A stretch of 49,982 nt of DNA, taken from assembly GCA_023139255.1 (NCBI GenBank), contig JAGLNY010000011.1:1-49982 (forward strand). Direction: 5' to 3'. Origin of the DNA: Spirochaetales bacterium (GTDB taxonomy: Bacteria; Spirochaetota; Spirochaetia; JABMQR01). A program made the position numbers and the translations under genes. The notes beneath the pieces are model-generated. The model worked only from the letters and a program-made list of their open reading frames with translations, ran no database searches and was not told where the DNA came from. Positions 35,177 to 45,731 of the stretch are shown piece by piece. Positions within the stretch are counted from its first letter, which is position 1. Each line of letters begins with the position of its first letter.

Positions 35177-38146
35177 CTAAATTACCAGTGTCTGGATATT
35201 ATTTATGATTTGCGGAAGTTTCTTGCGATTTGCATCAACCTGTTTCCTGCCGGCTATTGTGACAGATGCTGTCTCTCCGGAATCATATGCAGCAATCAGG
35301 GTTCCTGCTGCCTGGGAAATGGTATCTTTTGTCATTGAGAAAAACTCTTCACGTCTTTTCTGGCGGAGTTCATCGGTTATACCATAGAGACACCTGCGGA
35401 ATCCAAGCATACTTTTCTCACGAGGGGTAAGCGGTCTCAAATCTCTGCTAATTAAAGAAATTATTGATTTCTCTATAAGTGAAGGATTAATATTCCCATC
35501 AGCCACCCTGCGAATTGAATCAATGAAATCCTGATAAGTGCCGGCAATACGCGGGTCCCGGTACGATGACATAGTGAAAAGACCCTCAAGTAAATTTACT
35601 TCAGCATGCGCGCCATAAGCACCACCCTGAACACGTATCTTCTCCCAGAGGAAATTTGTCGTAATAATATGTGAAAGCACGGTATAAGCGGATTGCCCGG
35701 AATCAGATACTCGCGGAGCTGGAAGGACTATTGCATTAAACGCAACATCAGTTGATGTTACAAAGGTTTCAAAAGATACGGGATCCATCAAATTTTCATT
35801 TTTTGTTTGATCTTTATTACCGACAGCAACTGAATTTCCTGGCTGGAAATTGTTGAAAAACTTCCCGGCAGTTCGTCCAAGTGATTCCTGAAATGAATCA
35901 TCAGCAGTTATATTATAGGTCAAACGGTTCTGTAAAAAAATTTTCTGTCGTATACTTTCCAAAACAGAACCAATTTTATCCAGTTCTTCATCAGAGGCAT
36001 TCTGCAGTGGTTGAATAAATGCAAGCTGTTCAATTCCACGCCACTGTTCTTCAATAGCTGAAACTTCACGCATCCTGCTTGAAGCCCTAAGGCTCGCAAA
36101 AGCATTACCGGAAGGTATTATTGCTGAAGAAAAATCACTACTTTGTTCCTGGATTATATCCTTAATGCGCTTAATATCACTTAACTCTGATTTTCCCAGA
36201 ATATTAAAAATTAAATCCAGTGCGGTTTTGACTTCCTTCTCCAGGACTTTGCAGCGAAAAAAGAGAAATCTTGATGCAGAATCTGACTCAACCGGGGATC
36301 CGGTATCCAGGAAAACATAAAACCCGCCGGTTTTTTCAGCAAGCAACTGTGAGACCTCATTATAGCTATGTCCGGGAATCCCCGTCATATAAATCAATCT
36401 ACTAAACAGGGGTAAGAGTTTTTCCTCTTCCACTGACAGCCCGCTAATATCAAAAGAAAAATCAATATAAACAATTCCATTGGTGAAAAATGTATGGCGA
36501 TATCCCGGCAGTTCTTTCAAACTGGCAGCCTGAGTTTCAATAGTACTCACTTTTTCAGGCATGTCATCAATCGACAACCCGGGAATACTTTCAAGAGCCT
36601 CTTCAGTATCAGCCTGATCATGATATATTTTTAGTTTTTGCTGGTCATCCTGAATACGCCTAAGATCTTTTTTATTTGCCTTGCTTTCAGTTTCACGGGC
36701 TGATTTTCGGATCAATGCATTCTGTTTATCAATATAATTCTTATTGGGAATTACAGTTACCAATGAACGATGTGAATTCTGCAGCAGGTGCTTTGTTACA
36801 AACGTCTCAAGGTACGATTTATCTTCTCCCAGGTGCTTTTTAACTATTTCCATAACCGAATTAAATACAAGTGTAGTTTCCGGGTCGGCTCCATGAAGCC
36901 ACCCCCGCAGCGATCTGGACATTGCCCGCAGCCCCTGAGGAACGCCGCCCCGCATTTCCCTGTGATGAAACTCGATTCTCTTAACAGCAGATGATATATA
37001 CTTTTTCGGTATTCCCTTCTTAACTAATTTTTCCAGACATTGCAGGATAAGTTTCTCAAAATCCGGAACATATTCCGAAAGTATCCCCTTAATACCAATA
37101 CTGAATACTATTTCCCGAAAATCGGCCTCCATACCACTCATAGATGCTATGTCCCTTCCCAGCCCGGATTCTATGATCGCCCGATAAAGAGGCGCCCCTG
37201 GATTACCTAAAAGAGTTTCTGTTAATACTTCAAGTGTCATGACCTCAACAGGATTAGTAGCAGTACCTGCTATCCAGTTAATTATTGCTGAGCCTCTCGT
37301 ATCTTCGTTATCCCCTTCCATACCGGGACTGTTAAAGGTATATGATTCAGGTTTTCTCCATGTTCTTGGAACCGAAATGGCAGAGTCGGTTTTTATCGCG
37401 GTAAATTGATGCAGGAATTTTTCTTCCAGAAACTGCAGATGCTCTTCCGTCGGAATATCACCGTATAAAAAAACCCGACAGTTTGATGGATGGTAATATT
37501 CAGCGTGAAAGCCGTGAAACTCTTCATATGAGAGATTTATTATTTCAGTAGGGGTTCCACCAGAATCCATTCCATATGGTGTATCGGGGAAAAGAGATCT
37601 GTAGGATTTAACCGCAGTAATTGAATCGTGATCGGAATATGCTCCCCGCATTTCATTAAATACTATCCCGTCAAAAGAAATTTTTCCCTTCGGACTACTT
37701 ATAATCCGTACACCTTCCTGATGGAATACCTCTTTTCTCAATAAAGGAAAAAAAACGGCATCACCATATACATCAAATAAATGAAAAAAGTCTTTCTTTA
37801 ACGGGGATGCAGCAGGATAAATAGTTTTATCCGGAAATGTAAATGCATTGAGAAAAGTCTGTGCACTCCCCTTCATCAATTCAAGAAACGGGTCTTTAAC
37901 CGGGAATCTCCTGGAACCGGCTAGTACAGAGTGCTCAAGTATGTGGGCAGTCCCGTTATTGTTTTTGGGTGGAGTCTTGAAAATAAAAGCAAAAAAATTT
38001 TCAGGGTCCGGGGTATGAATATGAAAAAGATCAAGTCCTGTAGCAGTATGGTTCAATCTAATTCCAGCACCATCATATTCAGATAAATCTGTTCGAGAAA
38101 CTACTGTGAATCCATGAAGAGAACTACCTGGTTTTAATAATTCCAT
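35177..38146 (-). CDS. M16C insulinase-family metallopeptidase (PreP-like)
   Basis: About 990 aa. HILEHSVLAGS (HxxEH) zinc site, FNEMRGAY. Start is ambiguous (ATG 38146 or TTG 38161). Confidence 0.88.
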   Translation of the reverse strand: MELLKPGSSLHGFTVVSRTDLSEYDGAGIRLNHTATGLDLFHIHTPDPENFFAFIFKTPPKNNNGTAHILEHSVLAGSRRFPVKDPFLELMKGSAQTFLNAFTFPDKTIYPAASPLKKDFFHLFDVYGDAVFFPLLRKEVFHQEGVRIISSPKGKISFDGIVFNEMRGAYSDHDSITAVKSYRSLFPDTPYGMDSGGTPTEIINLSYEEFHGFHAEYYHPSNCRVFLYGDIPTEEHLQFLEEKFLHQFTAIKTDSAISVPRTWRKPESYTFNSPGMEGDNEDTRGSAIINWIAGTATNPVEVMTLEVLTETLLGNPGAPLYRAIIESGLGRDIASMSGMEADFREIVFSIGIKGILSEYVPDFEKLILQCLEKLVKKGIPKKYISSAVKRIEFHHREMRGGVPQGLRAMSRSLRGWLHGADPETTLVFNSVMEIVKKHLGEDKSYLETFVTKHLLQNSHRSLVTVIPNKNYIDKQNALIRKSARETESKANKKDLRRIQDDQQKLKIYHDQADTEEALESIPGLSIDDMPEKVSTIETQAASLKELPGYRHTFFTNGIVYIDFSFDISGLSVEEEKLLPLFSRLIYMTGIPGHSYNEVSQLLAEKTGGFYVFLDTGSPVESDSASRFLFFRCKVLEKEVKTALDLIFNILGKSELSDIKRIKDIIQEQSSDFSSAIIPSGNAFASLRASSRMREVSAIEEQWRGIEQLAFIQPLQNASDEELDKIGSVLESIRQKIFLQNRLTYNITADDSFQESLGRTAGKFFNNFQPGNSVAVGNKDQTKNENLMDPVSFETFVTSTDVAFNAIVLPAPRVSDSGQSAYTVLSHIITTNFLWEKIRVQGGAYGAHAEVNLLEGLFTMSSYRDPRIAGTYQDFIDSIRRVADGNINPSLIEKSIISLISRDLRPLTPREKSMLGFRRCLYGITDELRQKRREEFFSMTKDTISQAAGTLIAAYDSGETASVTIAGRKQVDANRKKLPQIINNIQTLVI

Positions 38147-38327
38147 CTTTAGCAAGAGCAACCCCTTTTGTCAGAGCTTTCCATTATAGGTCAATCCCCA
38201 TAAGAAAGTAAATGAGACAATTTCAAAAAACAGGATATTTCTAAAGTTGCCTGGATTCATGAGTACATGGATCAATTTTACAAATTTCATTTTTTTATTC
38301 AATATATTTGCAAATATACCGCACTCA

Positions 38328-39404
38328 TCATGAGAATGGCGGTCCCTCAACGGCAAGAGCCAGTGCTGCTGAATCTGTAGCCAACCCAAGACAAACAGCT
38401 TCATGTTTACGCCTGATTTTCCCTGTGATATACCCGGCAGCAAACGCATCACCTGCCCCGATTGTCCTGATACTGGTTTTCCTGAAATGTTCAACATGAT
38501 TCCCGATATCCGGAGCTTCATGAAACATTCTCCCATCCTGGTTAATACTGACAACGCCTTTTTCACCATATTTAATAACATAATTACAGGCAAAATCCCT
38601 GGCATGCCCTACCCATTCCAGACACCTGCTTTCAACCTCACCAATGGGGCACTGAAAGAGAGCTGAAAACTCCTCTCCTGTCCCAAACAGTATCATACGT
38701 CTGTTATCGATAGCTCCTAACAGCAGATCCCTACAGCCTTCAACAACAAAAGGAGAGCCCAGATCAACTGCAGCATTAACAGTTTCTGGTAAATCCCGTA
38801 AAATTCTCCCGGCATAGGAGAGAGCAAATCCCTCGATGTAGATCCAGTCTGCCTTTTCTGCAGCCTGTGCTCCTTCCCTGGTAATGGAATATTTCTGTGA
38901 TACACCGGGAGAAACGATGATTGAAAATGTATCCTGCAAACCGGATGAAGCTGCATCCGGGCTGCCGGAGCTTTGGAGATATCTGCAGCACCCGGTAAAT
39001 CCCTCATCCTCAGATAGCAGCAATTCCAACCCGCTGGTTTCTGCTGCCCGCCTAAAGAGATCAGCGCCTTTATCTGTTCCGACAGCACCGCAAAATAAAA
39101 CAGAATATCCTGCACCGGCAAGGAGGCGTGCCGCGGTGAATGCACCCCCGCCTGGATACGCACGAACCCCATTACAGGCAATTATTCCACTTGCATTCGC
39201 CCTGCTTACAAAAATCATATTCCCATCATAAATCCGCTGTGAAAACGCATACAAATCACTGTTTTCAGTAGTTTCTCTATGTATTATCCCGCCTGGCTGT
39301 ATACCAGCGGCAAGGATTCCCTCTTCCGATACTTCAGCATACAAATCAATAAGAGGATTGCCGAAAATTACAACCCTAGCAGAGGAACCTGCATTTTTTT
39401 TCAT
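38328..39404 (-). CDS. PfkB-family carbohydrate/nucleoside kinase
   Basis: C-terminal GAGDAFAAGY motif and N-terminal GNPLIDL. ATG at 39404 is preceded by GGAG. Confidence 0.8.
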   Translation of the reverse strand: MKKNAGSSARVVIFGNPLIDLYAEVSEEGILAAGIQPGGIIHRETTENSDLYAFSQRIYDGNMIFVSRANASGIIACNGVRAYPGGGAFTAARLLAGAGYSVLFCGAVGTDKGADLFRRAAETSGLELLLSEDEGFTGCCRYLQSSGSPDAASSGLQDTFSIIVSPGVSQKYSITREGAQAAEKADWIYIEGFALSYAGRILRDLPETVNAAVDLGSPFVVEGCRDLLLGAIDNRRMILFGTGEEFSALFQCPIGEVESRCLEWVGHARDFACNYVIKYGEKGVVSINQDGRMFHEAPDIGNHVEHFRKTSIRTIGAGDAFAAGYITGKIRRKHEAVCLGLATDSAALALAVEGPPFS

Positions 39405-39532
39405 CCAAAACTCCATTTCAGCATATCGAACCAATTTTTTACTACTCGATTACTATGATTAGCTCAGGGGTTCTTCGGAAAGATACTATCAGGACTTGTT
39501 AATTTCAGCAATCATCTGTTAGTATCGACAGT

Positions 39533-40522
39533 ATGAATAGAGACAGTATCCTATTACGCAGCAATCTATATGCCGGAACAAGAAAACACTTTTCAAGGAA
39601 GGGGTATCTTGAAGTAGAGACACCGGCTATTGCTTCAGGTCTCATCCCTGAACCAGCTATTCATGTTTTTGAGACATCCTTCTCCAGCCCCTTTTATCCA
39701 TCCGCCTCCTGCTGGTTAATTCCTTCTCCGGAGATTTTTATGAAGCAGCTATTGGCGGATGGGTCAGGAAATATTTTTCAGATCAGCAAATGTTTCAGAA
39801 ATAATGAGCAGATAGGGACTTGTCATAATCCTGAATTCTCCATGCTTGAGTGGTATACGGTTAATGCAGATTACAGGGATTCAATAGCACATACTGAAGA
39901 ATATTTTGCCGAAGTCGCCCCCCCCGGAACACCGGAGCATCTCCTTCCTCCTTTCAGAATCGAATCAATGCATAATCTGTGCTTAACATATGCGGGGATA
40001 GATCTGGACAAACTCCAGACCTTGGGAAAACTGAAAACAGCAGCATCCCGTCTGGGAATAACGGTATCAAACACTCCTGAAACCTGGGAATCTCTTTTTA
40101 ACCGAATTTTTCTTACCCTCGTTGAACCTGAGATCCCCCAGGATCGACCATTGGTAATTACAGAATATCCCGCCCAAATTCATTGTCTGGCGGCAAATGC
40201 AAAAAACCCGTATTATAAAGAACGTTGGGAACTATATGCCGCCGGCATTGAACTGGCAAATTGCTATAGCGAGGAAACTAACCCGGATCGTATTGAGGAA
40301 TTCTTCCGTGCAGAGTCAGCAGCATTCGCCACCCGTCCATACGCTCCAAATGCGGCAATCCCGGACATTCCTCATGATTTTCACAAGCTTTTCAGTAATC
40401 CCGCCAAACCGTTTCCCCGTTGTTCAGGAACTGCCCTGGGGCTGGACAGACTCCTGATGCTGTTTGGAGGATTTGATACTATTAAGGGGGTGATCTTATT
40501 CCCGCTATCTGATACAATTTGA
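39533..40522 (+). CDS. epmA: EF-P (R)-beta-lysine ligase (truncated class II LysRS paralog)
   Basis: GYLEVETP, FQISKCFRNNE, PEFSMLEWY, GTALGLDRLLML class II motifs. No anticodon-binding domain. Next to efp. Confidence 0.88.
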   Translation: MNRDSILLRSNLYAGTRKHFSRKGYLEVETPAIASGLIPEPAIHVFETSFSSPFYPSASCWLIPSPEIFMKQLLADGSGNIFQISKCFRNNEQIGTCHNPEFSMLEWYTVNADYRDSIAHTEEYFAEVAPPGTPEHLLPPFRIESMHNLCLTYAGIDLDKLQTLGKLKTAASRLGITVSNTPETWESLFNRIFLTLVEPEIPQDRPLVITEYPAQIHCLAANAKNPYYKERWELYAAGIELANCYSEETNPDRIEEFFRAESAAFATRPYAPNAAIPDIPHDFHKLFSNPAKPFPRCSGTALGLDRLLMLFGGFDTIKGVILFPLSDTI

Positions 40523-40626
40523 CAGCTTTTCCCTAGGAGTCTGTTTTATTGAGGTTCAGAGACTTGGAAACAGCAATAGTAACATCACAATTCCTGATGA
40601 ACAATAAAATAAGAGGACTGAAAAAT

Positions 40627-41190
40627 ATGATCAAAGCAGGCCAGATCGAAAAGGGCATGGCACTCCTGATTAAAGGGGCACCCTTTATAGTAGTAGAAAG
40701 AGAATTTGTGAACCCGGGCAAGGGATCAGCCTTTGTAAGAGCTAAACTGAAGAGCCCCAGCACAGGACGGGTTCTTCGTGAGACCATGAAAACACAGGAT
40801 TCTGTGGAGGATGTAACCGTTGATGATAGAGACAGTCAGTATCTCTACAATGATGGCGAAAACTATCATTTTATGAATACCAGTACGTACGATCAATTTG
40901 AGATCCCGATGGCATCTTTTGAAGATTATCAATACTTAATGAAAGACGGGGAAATTTACCGGATAATATTCTGGGAGACTACCCCGCTCGATATTATTAT
41001 TCCTTACAAGGTTGTGTATAAAGTGGCAGAAGCCCAGGATGCTATTAAGGGTGACACTGTAACCGGTGCTACAAAAGTAGTTGTTACTGAAACAGGGCTA
41101 AAAGTTAAAGTACCTATTTTTATTAAGCAGGGTGAAAACATTTTGGTCAATACGGAAACAAAGGAATATATCGAACGCGTTAATAAATGA
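40627..41190 (+). CDS. efp: Elongation factor P
   Basis: MIKAGQIEKGMALLIKG.PF.VVE.EFVNPGKGSAFVRAKLKS with the modifiable Lys in the PGKG loop. ATG at 40627 follows AGAGGA; the ORF-track start 40549 is an upstream extension. Confidence 0.95.
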   Translation: MIKAGQIEKGMALLIKGAPFIVVEREFVNPGKGSAFVRAKLKSPSTGRVLRETMKTQDSVEDVTVDDRDSQYLYNDGENYHFMNTSTYDQFEIPMASFEDYQYLMKDGEIYRIIFWETTPLDIIIPYKVVYKVAEAQDAIKGDTVTGATKVVVTETGLKVKVPIFIKQGENILVNTETKEYIERVNK

Positions 41191-42512
41191 CCGAAATGAA
41201 TAATCCCGATATGCTCCTGAAAAAACGAGTTAACAAAAAGGTCTTTTTCCGCTTTTGCGGAAAGGATCTTTCTTTTTATCTCTCAATGGGACTGTTTAGT
41301 AGTTTCGACATTGACTCAGGGACCAGATTTCTCTTACGTACTTTTGTCCAGGTCATTGATTTCAACAAAGTCCATCACCTTCTGGATGCCGGCTGCGGTA
41401 CCGGGGTTATCGCCATTTCGCTCAAGAAAGCCTTTCCCCACATCACTATTGATGCATTGGACAGGGACTGTCTTGCCCTTGAAATGACTGTTGAAAATGC
41501 CCGGCTAAATAATACAAAAATTTCAATATTCCCCGGACTTGATACTCTTTCTGTACAGCCCGATTTTCGCGATCCTTTTCGCGATTCTCATGTGTTCAGT
41601 ATAAACAGAAAAAAGTACGATATAATCACAACCAATATACCCGCGAAAGCAGGCTTGCCGGTATTACGACGATTCTTCCGCAATGGATTGGCCTCTTTGT
41701 CTGATTGCGGATATTTTGCTGTTGTTATAGTGGCATCCCTGCGTAAGACAGTTGAAAATTTATTAGCTGAGATGGATGCACAAACTATTCACGAAAATCA
41801 CACAAACAATCATTCGGTTTTTATTATTCAGCGCATTATGAATAATGGAATGACACCAATAGTTCCGGACGTCGCATTTCCCGGTCCTTATCTACGGAAT
41901 AATGAGTACCAATTTTCAGGTAGAAACATATCCTACACTTTGACAACCGTCTTCAATTTGCCTGGTTTTGACACAATCCCGCTTTCTGCCGCTGTGTCAA
42001 TTGATCTCTATACAAAAACAGACCCGATCCAGCAGTCATTCCTGTTCTGGAACCCGGGACAGGGACATTCGACGGTTATGATCCTGAAAGACAGATTTTC
42101 CCGCGGGAAAAAAGTTTTAAAAAATTGTCATTGTGTTCTATCCGGGAGAGATCTTCTGGCTCTACTTATATCCCGCTTTAACATTCAACAGGAATTCCCG
42201 GAATTATCCTGCAGAATTCTGCATACCCCGGGAATTGATTATCTTTCTGAAAATATCAACAATTTGGAAGGTGATTCATTTGATTTTATCGGTATAGAAC
42301 CTGACATCATACCCGGCTGCTCATTTGCGGAAATTCTTACCAAAAGCATACTTGAAATTATTTCTCCTTTTGGAAAAATGCTGATATCCGGGAAAAGTTC
42401 CGATATAGGCAGGATTGTGAATGCAAACGATTCTTCTGCCTCCTCTCTCACACTTACCCATTCAAAAAAAACAAAAGGATTCCGGGCGGTAATATTTTCT
42501 TACAAATTATAG
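41187..42512 (+). CDS. Two-domain class I SAM-dependent methyltransferase (RsmC/RlmG-like amino-methyltransferase)
   Basis: LLDAGCGTGVIAI (motif I) and TNIPAKAG (NPPY-like motif IV) in the N-terminal half. ATGA overlap with the efp stop. Confidence 0.7.
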   Translation: MTEMNNPDMLLKKRVNKKVFFRFCGKDLSFYLSMGLFSSFDIDSGTRFLLRTFVQVIDFNKVHHLLDAGCGTGVIAISLKKAFPHITIDALDRDCLALEMTVENARLNNTKISIFPGLDTLSVQPDFRDPFRDSHVFSINRKKYDIITTNIPAKAGLPVLRRFFRNGLASLSDCGYFAVVIVASLRKTVENLLAEMDAQTIHENHTNNHSVFIIQRIMNNGMTPIVPDVAFPGPYLRNNEYQFSGRNISYTLTTVFNLPGFDTIPLSAAVSIDLYTKTDPIQQSFLFWNPGQGHSTVMILKDRFSRGKKVLKNCHCVLSGRDLLALLISRFNIQQEFPELSCRILHTPGIDYLSENINNLEGDSFDFIGIEPDIIPGCSFAEILTKSILEIISPFGKMLISGKSSDIGRIVNANDSSASSLTLTHSKKTKGFRAVIFSYKL

Positions 42513-42648
42513 GGTGCACGGCAGGGGATCTTCAGCATCAGCAGCATGAGAACTATGAGACCATGAGAAAAGTTTTCGATTGTATATTAATATTTTTTGT
42601 ATTACTTTATACATGACTATAATTCAAAGAATTCTAGTGGAGAATATC

Positions 42649-43110
42649 ATGAGGATTACTACAAAAGGGAGATATGCGTTGAGAGCAATTCTTCATATGG
42701 TTAAATATGGAACTGAAAAACCAATATCAATTCGTGTACTTTCAGAACAGACTTGTCTATCTCCTGAATTCCTGGAACAGATTTTTTTCAGACTTCGAAA
42801 ATCCGGGCTGATCACTTCAACGCGTGGTCCCGGGGGTGGATTTTCATTTATCAAAGACCCGTCAACTGTATCTATTGATGATATTTTTATGGCCATTGAT
42901 GAAGGGTATTTCATAACCCCGTGCTCAACCCTTGAGAACCTTGAGGATAGAGCGAATATTGAGAATCATGAAACACTGAACTGTGATTACTCTGATGATT
43001 GCTGTGCGTGTGGATTCTGGCAGCACACTTATAATGTTATGCGTGATTATTTCTCAAGTGTTTCCATACAGAATATTCTAGATGGTAAATTCCCGATAAT
43101 GGCAAAATAA
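42649..43110 (+). CDS. Rrf2-family transcriptional regulator with Cys-rich C-terminus
   Basis: MRITTKGRYALRAIL..ISIRVLSE wHTH. C-terminal C..CDYSDDCCAC cluster. Internal ATG at 42649 after GGAGA. Confidence 0.85.
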   Translation: MRITTKGRYALRAILHMVKYGTEKPISIRVLSEQTCLSPEFLEQIFFRLRKSGLITSTRGPGGGFSFIKDPSTVSIDDIFMAIDEGYFITPCSTLENLEDRANIENHETLNCDYSDDCCACGFWQHTYNVMRDYFSSVSIQNILDGKFPIMAK

Positions 43111-43147
43111 CAGCAGTTCCAGTTCCAGGAGCCTGTCAAACTTGATG

Positions 43148-44203
43148 TTAATCTATCCCGGTATCAATATAAGGAAAAAGCTGATTATCACTATTTCTTA
43201 ACATATACTTATTCCCGATTATTTCAGCAATTCCATCACCTGAAAGACTTACTTTCCCGCCGCCGCCAGGTATATCGACCGCATATTCAGGGAGTGCTAA
43301 ACGGGAAAGTCTGGATCTTAATTCAGCAAAAATACTCAATCCCTTACGGAGTGTTATACGAAAATGTGATGTCCCTTCAGCCATATCCGGATGAAACAGA
43401 TAATAGGGAATTATCCCCCCCCTCACCAGTCCATTCATTAATTTTTCCAGAACCACAGCATCATCATTCACCCCTTTCAGCAGTACAGTCTGGTTCAGCA
43501 GAGGAATTCCGGCATCCAGGATACGCCGTACAACCTTAATACTTACTGGAGAAAGTTCCACTGGATGATTATATTGTGTGATGACATACATCCCCCGGTT
43601 TCGATAACCAGCCAGCATCTGAACCAGGGACTCAGTTACCATATGCGGCATAACTACAGGAATCCGGGTGCATATCCTGAAAACTATATCCGGACGGCAA
43701 TCCCTAAAAATACCCAGGATCAGGTTAAGTGTGTCATGTGGAAGTGTAAGCGGATCTCCACCGCTGATTAGCAGCTCTTTTATTTCCGCATGATCCCTGA
43801 GATATTCTGCAGCTTTAGTTATCTGTTTTTCATTCGGGATTTGCGGTTCACCGGTATAGTTTCTCCTGAAACAATGGCGGCAATACATTGCACATGTCCC
43901 GGTGGAGAGAAATAAAGCCCTGGATGGATAGCGATGAACGAGAAACTCTACGGGGGTGAAATCATCTTCTCCAAGCGGGTCGGCAAGCTCCTGCAGAATT
44001 GTCTCAAATTCTTTTTCATTGGGAATTGCCTGCGCCCGAATGGGATCACCAGGATCTGATGGATCTATAAGCCCCGCATAATATTCAGGAAGACGGAACG
44101 GCAGTTTGTTTTTTTCTGCACGGAACCATGCAGTCTCACCACTGCTTAGTGTTATGTTTAATTGTGTTTCCAGCTCATTTATGTTTTTTCTCGTTTCATA
44201 CAT
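43148..44203 (-). CDS. epmB: Lysine 2,3-aminomutase-like radical SAM enzyme (EF-P beta-lysylation)
   Basis: CAMYCRHCFRR cluster, ISGGDPL, NQTVLLKGVNDD, PYYLFHPD. Probable ATG at 44203; the ORF-track N-terminal extension is hydrophobic junk. Confidence 0.88.
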   Translation of the reverse strand: MYETRKNINELETQLNITLSSGETAWFRAEKNKLPFRLPEYYAGLIDPSDPGDPIRAQAIPNEKEFETILQELADPLGEDDFTPVEFLVHRYPSRALFLSTGTCAMYCRHCFRRNYTGEPQIPNEKQITKAAEYLRDHAEIKELLISGGDPLTLPHDTLNLILGIFRDCRPDIVFRICTRIPVVMPHMVTESLVQMLAGYRNRGMYVITQYNHPVELSPVSIKVVRRILDAGIPLLNQTVLLKGVNDDAVVLEKLMNGLVRGGIIPYYLFHPDMAEGTSHFRITLRKGLSIFAELRSRLSRLALPEYAVDIPGGGGKVSLSGDGIAEIIGNKYMLRNSDNQLFPYIDTGID

Positions 44204-44370
44204 TAACCCTATCACTATCACGAAATCCATAATTCGTCCAGACAATAGGCAGTACCTTGAAAATGATATATGTACAAAAAAATGACTTCTACAAAAAGTT
44301 CCATTTGACTTGCAGGCAGAGAGACCGTAAAGTGTATATAACAAACTCATAGAAAAAGCAGGAGAGATAT

Positions 44371-45684
44371 ATGAAAGGGAAAAATGATACTAACCCAGGA
44401 TTGAAAGGTTTTTACGGCATAACATTTTTTATTGGTCTGGGATTTTTCACAATGGGACTGATGGATCCGCTGTACGATACCTATGTACCCATCTTCCTCA
44501 ATAGGTTTATTGAATCAAAGGGTCTTATCGGTATAATCATGACACTTGATAACATATTTGCAATTTTACTGATCCCGGTTGTATCGGCACTATCTGACAG
44601 AACCAGAACCTCAATTGGCCGCAGGATGCCTTACATCATAAGCACCCTCCCTTTAACTGCAATTATCTTCGGATTCATCCCATTCACTGCACTGAACACC
44701 CTTGCAGCACTGATTGTCTCCCTTTTCTTCCTGAATATATTCAAACAGGCTGCCAGGGGTCCTGTTGTGGCTCTTATGCCGGATATGGTCCCGGGCGAAC
44801 TCAGGTCTGAGGCAAATGGAGTAATAAATACCATGGGCGGGATTGCAGCTATTGTCGGGACTCTCGGCCTTGCCCAATTGATGAATGTGGCTATAAATCT
44901 CCCTGGACGCGGTCCGGTTAAAGAAATACTGGCATTCCCGGTTGCCAGTCTTCTTGTGCTCATCTCAACAATTCTCCTTTTTATTTTCGTAAAGGAAAAA
45001 CGCGGGAAACCTGCAAAGAATGGGGAACAGGAGAAAAAAACATCGCTCTCCCAGTCGCTGAAGATGATCACTGGTTCAGGGGATAAAAGCACACTGTTGA
45101 TTTTACTATCACTGCTTTTCTGGTTTATCGGTTATCAGGGTGTTCTCCCTTTTATTGGATTATATTCGACAGATATCCTGGCCACTTCATCGGGTACTGC
45201 AGCGTTTGCGGCAGGAATGGTTGGTATCGCATACGCAATTTTTGCAATCCCTTCCGGTATCATAGCTCACAGACGCGGCAGGAAAACCACCATCAGGACA
45301 GCGCTGCTTTTCCTGACTGGAGTTTTACTGCTTGTCTTTCTCCATGATCCGGTCACTAAAGCGATGGGGCTGAGCATCTTAATGCGTCAAATCACATTTT
45401 GGGCTCTTATGTTCTTTTTCGGGATGTTCTGGGTCACTGTTATCACAAACTCTTTTCCCATGCTCTGGCAAATGGCAACCTACAGTGATATAGGAATTTA
45501 TACCGGTCTTTACTACTTCTTTTCCCAGCTCGCCTCAATAATCGCCCCGCCTATTACCGGCGGGTTTATAGATTTATTCGGGTTCAGGTCGATTTTCCTG
45601 TTTGCGGCAATTTGTATAATCATTGCCTTTTTTATTATGGGCGGAGTTAAGCGCGGCGAGGCGCATGAACTGCAAGCGGAATAA
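44371..45684 (+). CDS. MFS transporter (GPH/sugar-cation symporter-like)
   Basis: 437 aa, about 12 TM helices. DR..TS.GRRMPY loop 2-3 motif. Confidence 0.85.
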   Translation: MKGKNDTNPGLKGFYGITFFIGLGFFTMGLMDPLYDTYVPIFLNRFIESKGLIGIIMTLDNIFAILLIPVVSALSDRTRTSIGRRMPYIISTLPLTAIIFGFIPFTALNTLAALIVSLFFLNIFKQAARGPVVALMPDMVPGELRSEANGVINTMGGIAAIVGTLGLAQLMNVAINLPGRGPVKEILAFPVASLLVLISTILLFIFVKEKRGKPAKNGEQEKKTSLSQSLKMITGSGDKSTLLILLSLLFWFIGYQGVLPFIGLYSTDILATSSGTAAFAAGMVGIAYAIFAIPSGIIAHRRGRKTTIRTALLFLTGVLLLVFLHDPVTKAMGLSILMRQITFWALMFFFGMFWVTVITNSFPMLWQMATYSDIGIYTGLYYFFSQLASIIAPPITGGFIDLFGFRSIFLFAAICIIIAFFIMGGVKRGEAHELQAE

Positions 45685-45731
45685 AAAACACTCGTTTTGG
45701 CGGTGGGATTCTCAATTCATCCGCAGCTACA

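Noticed and set aside
40549-40626. N-terminal extensions in the ORF track for efp (40549), epmB (to 44350), the FKBP gene (to 30803), Rrf2 (42580), AraC (47007) and pfkB (to 39434).
   Set aside because: Internal ATGs with SD sequences coincide with the conserved family N-termini. The extensions are hydrophobic or low-complexity and would occupy the promoter regions.
42545-42568. Three ATGAGA repeats upstream of the Rrf2 gene as an operator.
   Set aside because: These are only 6-mers with irregular 8-10-nt spacing in an AT-rich intergenic region. That is too weak to call.
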